Shown piece by piece: positions 63,918 through 64,000 of a stretch of DNA of 64,000 nt (position 1 is the first letter of the stretch; every line of letters starts with the position of its first letter). The notes under the pieces were generated by a model, which did not search any database, had not been told where the DNA came from, and saw only the letters and a list, made by a program, of their open reading frames with translations. The stretch comes from Paramoeba atlantica. Taxonomy: Eukaryota > Protista > Discosea. The DNA lies in the NCBI GenBank assembly GCA_977017575.1, contig CDRNVI010000012.1:1054001-1118000 (forward strand), written 5' to 3'. Both the position numbers and the translations under genes were made by a program.

Positions 63918-64000
63918 ACGTATCTCTGCGCCACGAGCGTATGATCATAACCCTTCAAAATAACGTATTTTGTGGAACGCTAATTTTAAATTTTCTTCCA

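Noticed and set aside
63946-63955. TAACCCT as a telomerase RNA template
   Set aside because: Only 7 nt match, shorter than the 1.5 repeats expected, with no other supporting elements.
1-64000. tRNA, rRNA, CRISPR arrays and stop-codon reassignment
   Set aside because: No cloverleaf/T-loop, rRNA tract or repeat-spacer array was seen. Conserved genes are uninterrupted and end at standard stops.

Overview
Eukaryotic, intron-free, gene-dense window in which essentially every intact gene lies on the + strand, often behind a pyrimidine-rich tract. This fits a kinetoplastid polycistronic unit. Support comes from globular-domain-less H1 histones, a large PPR protein, a SAM-CCCH-KH-helicase-like protein, QSOX and a near-consensus spliced-leader (SL) exon fragment. 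The short LRR family resembles that of Perkinsela-like prokinetoplastids (inference, not a database result). Housekeeping genes (lipin, clathrin light chain, PIMT, eL13, Vps52-like, PPR, CPSF100, TrpRS, SET, four H1, QSOX, SRP54, ICT1-like) are interspersed with 10 short LRR genes that share an N-terminal RxGKV..LPxE motif. Intergenic DNA contains relics mostly missed by the ORF track: IS30-like, pogo-like, Merlin-like, Tc1-like and possibly piggyBac transposases, a CRE/SLACS-type reverse transcriptase, several TA-flanked TIR elements and a tandem block with a C/D snoRNA candidate. The top leads are (1) an SL exon fragment that truncates an LRR gene and is followed by a highly structured ~550-nt segment with two covarying three-way junctions, (2) ~1-kb GC-rich islands whose strand skew flips from C to G in mid-gene, and (3) a bacterial-type IS30 relic. 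All homology calls are by eye against remembered family motifs and need HMM/BLAST confirmation.
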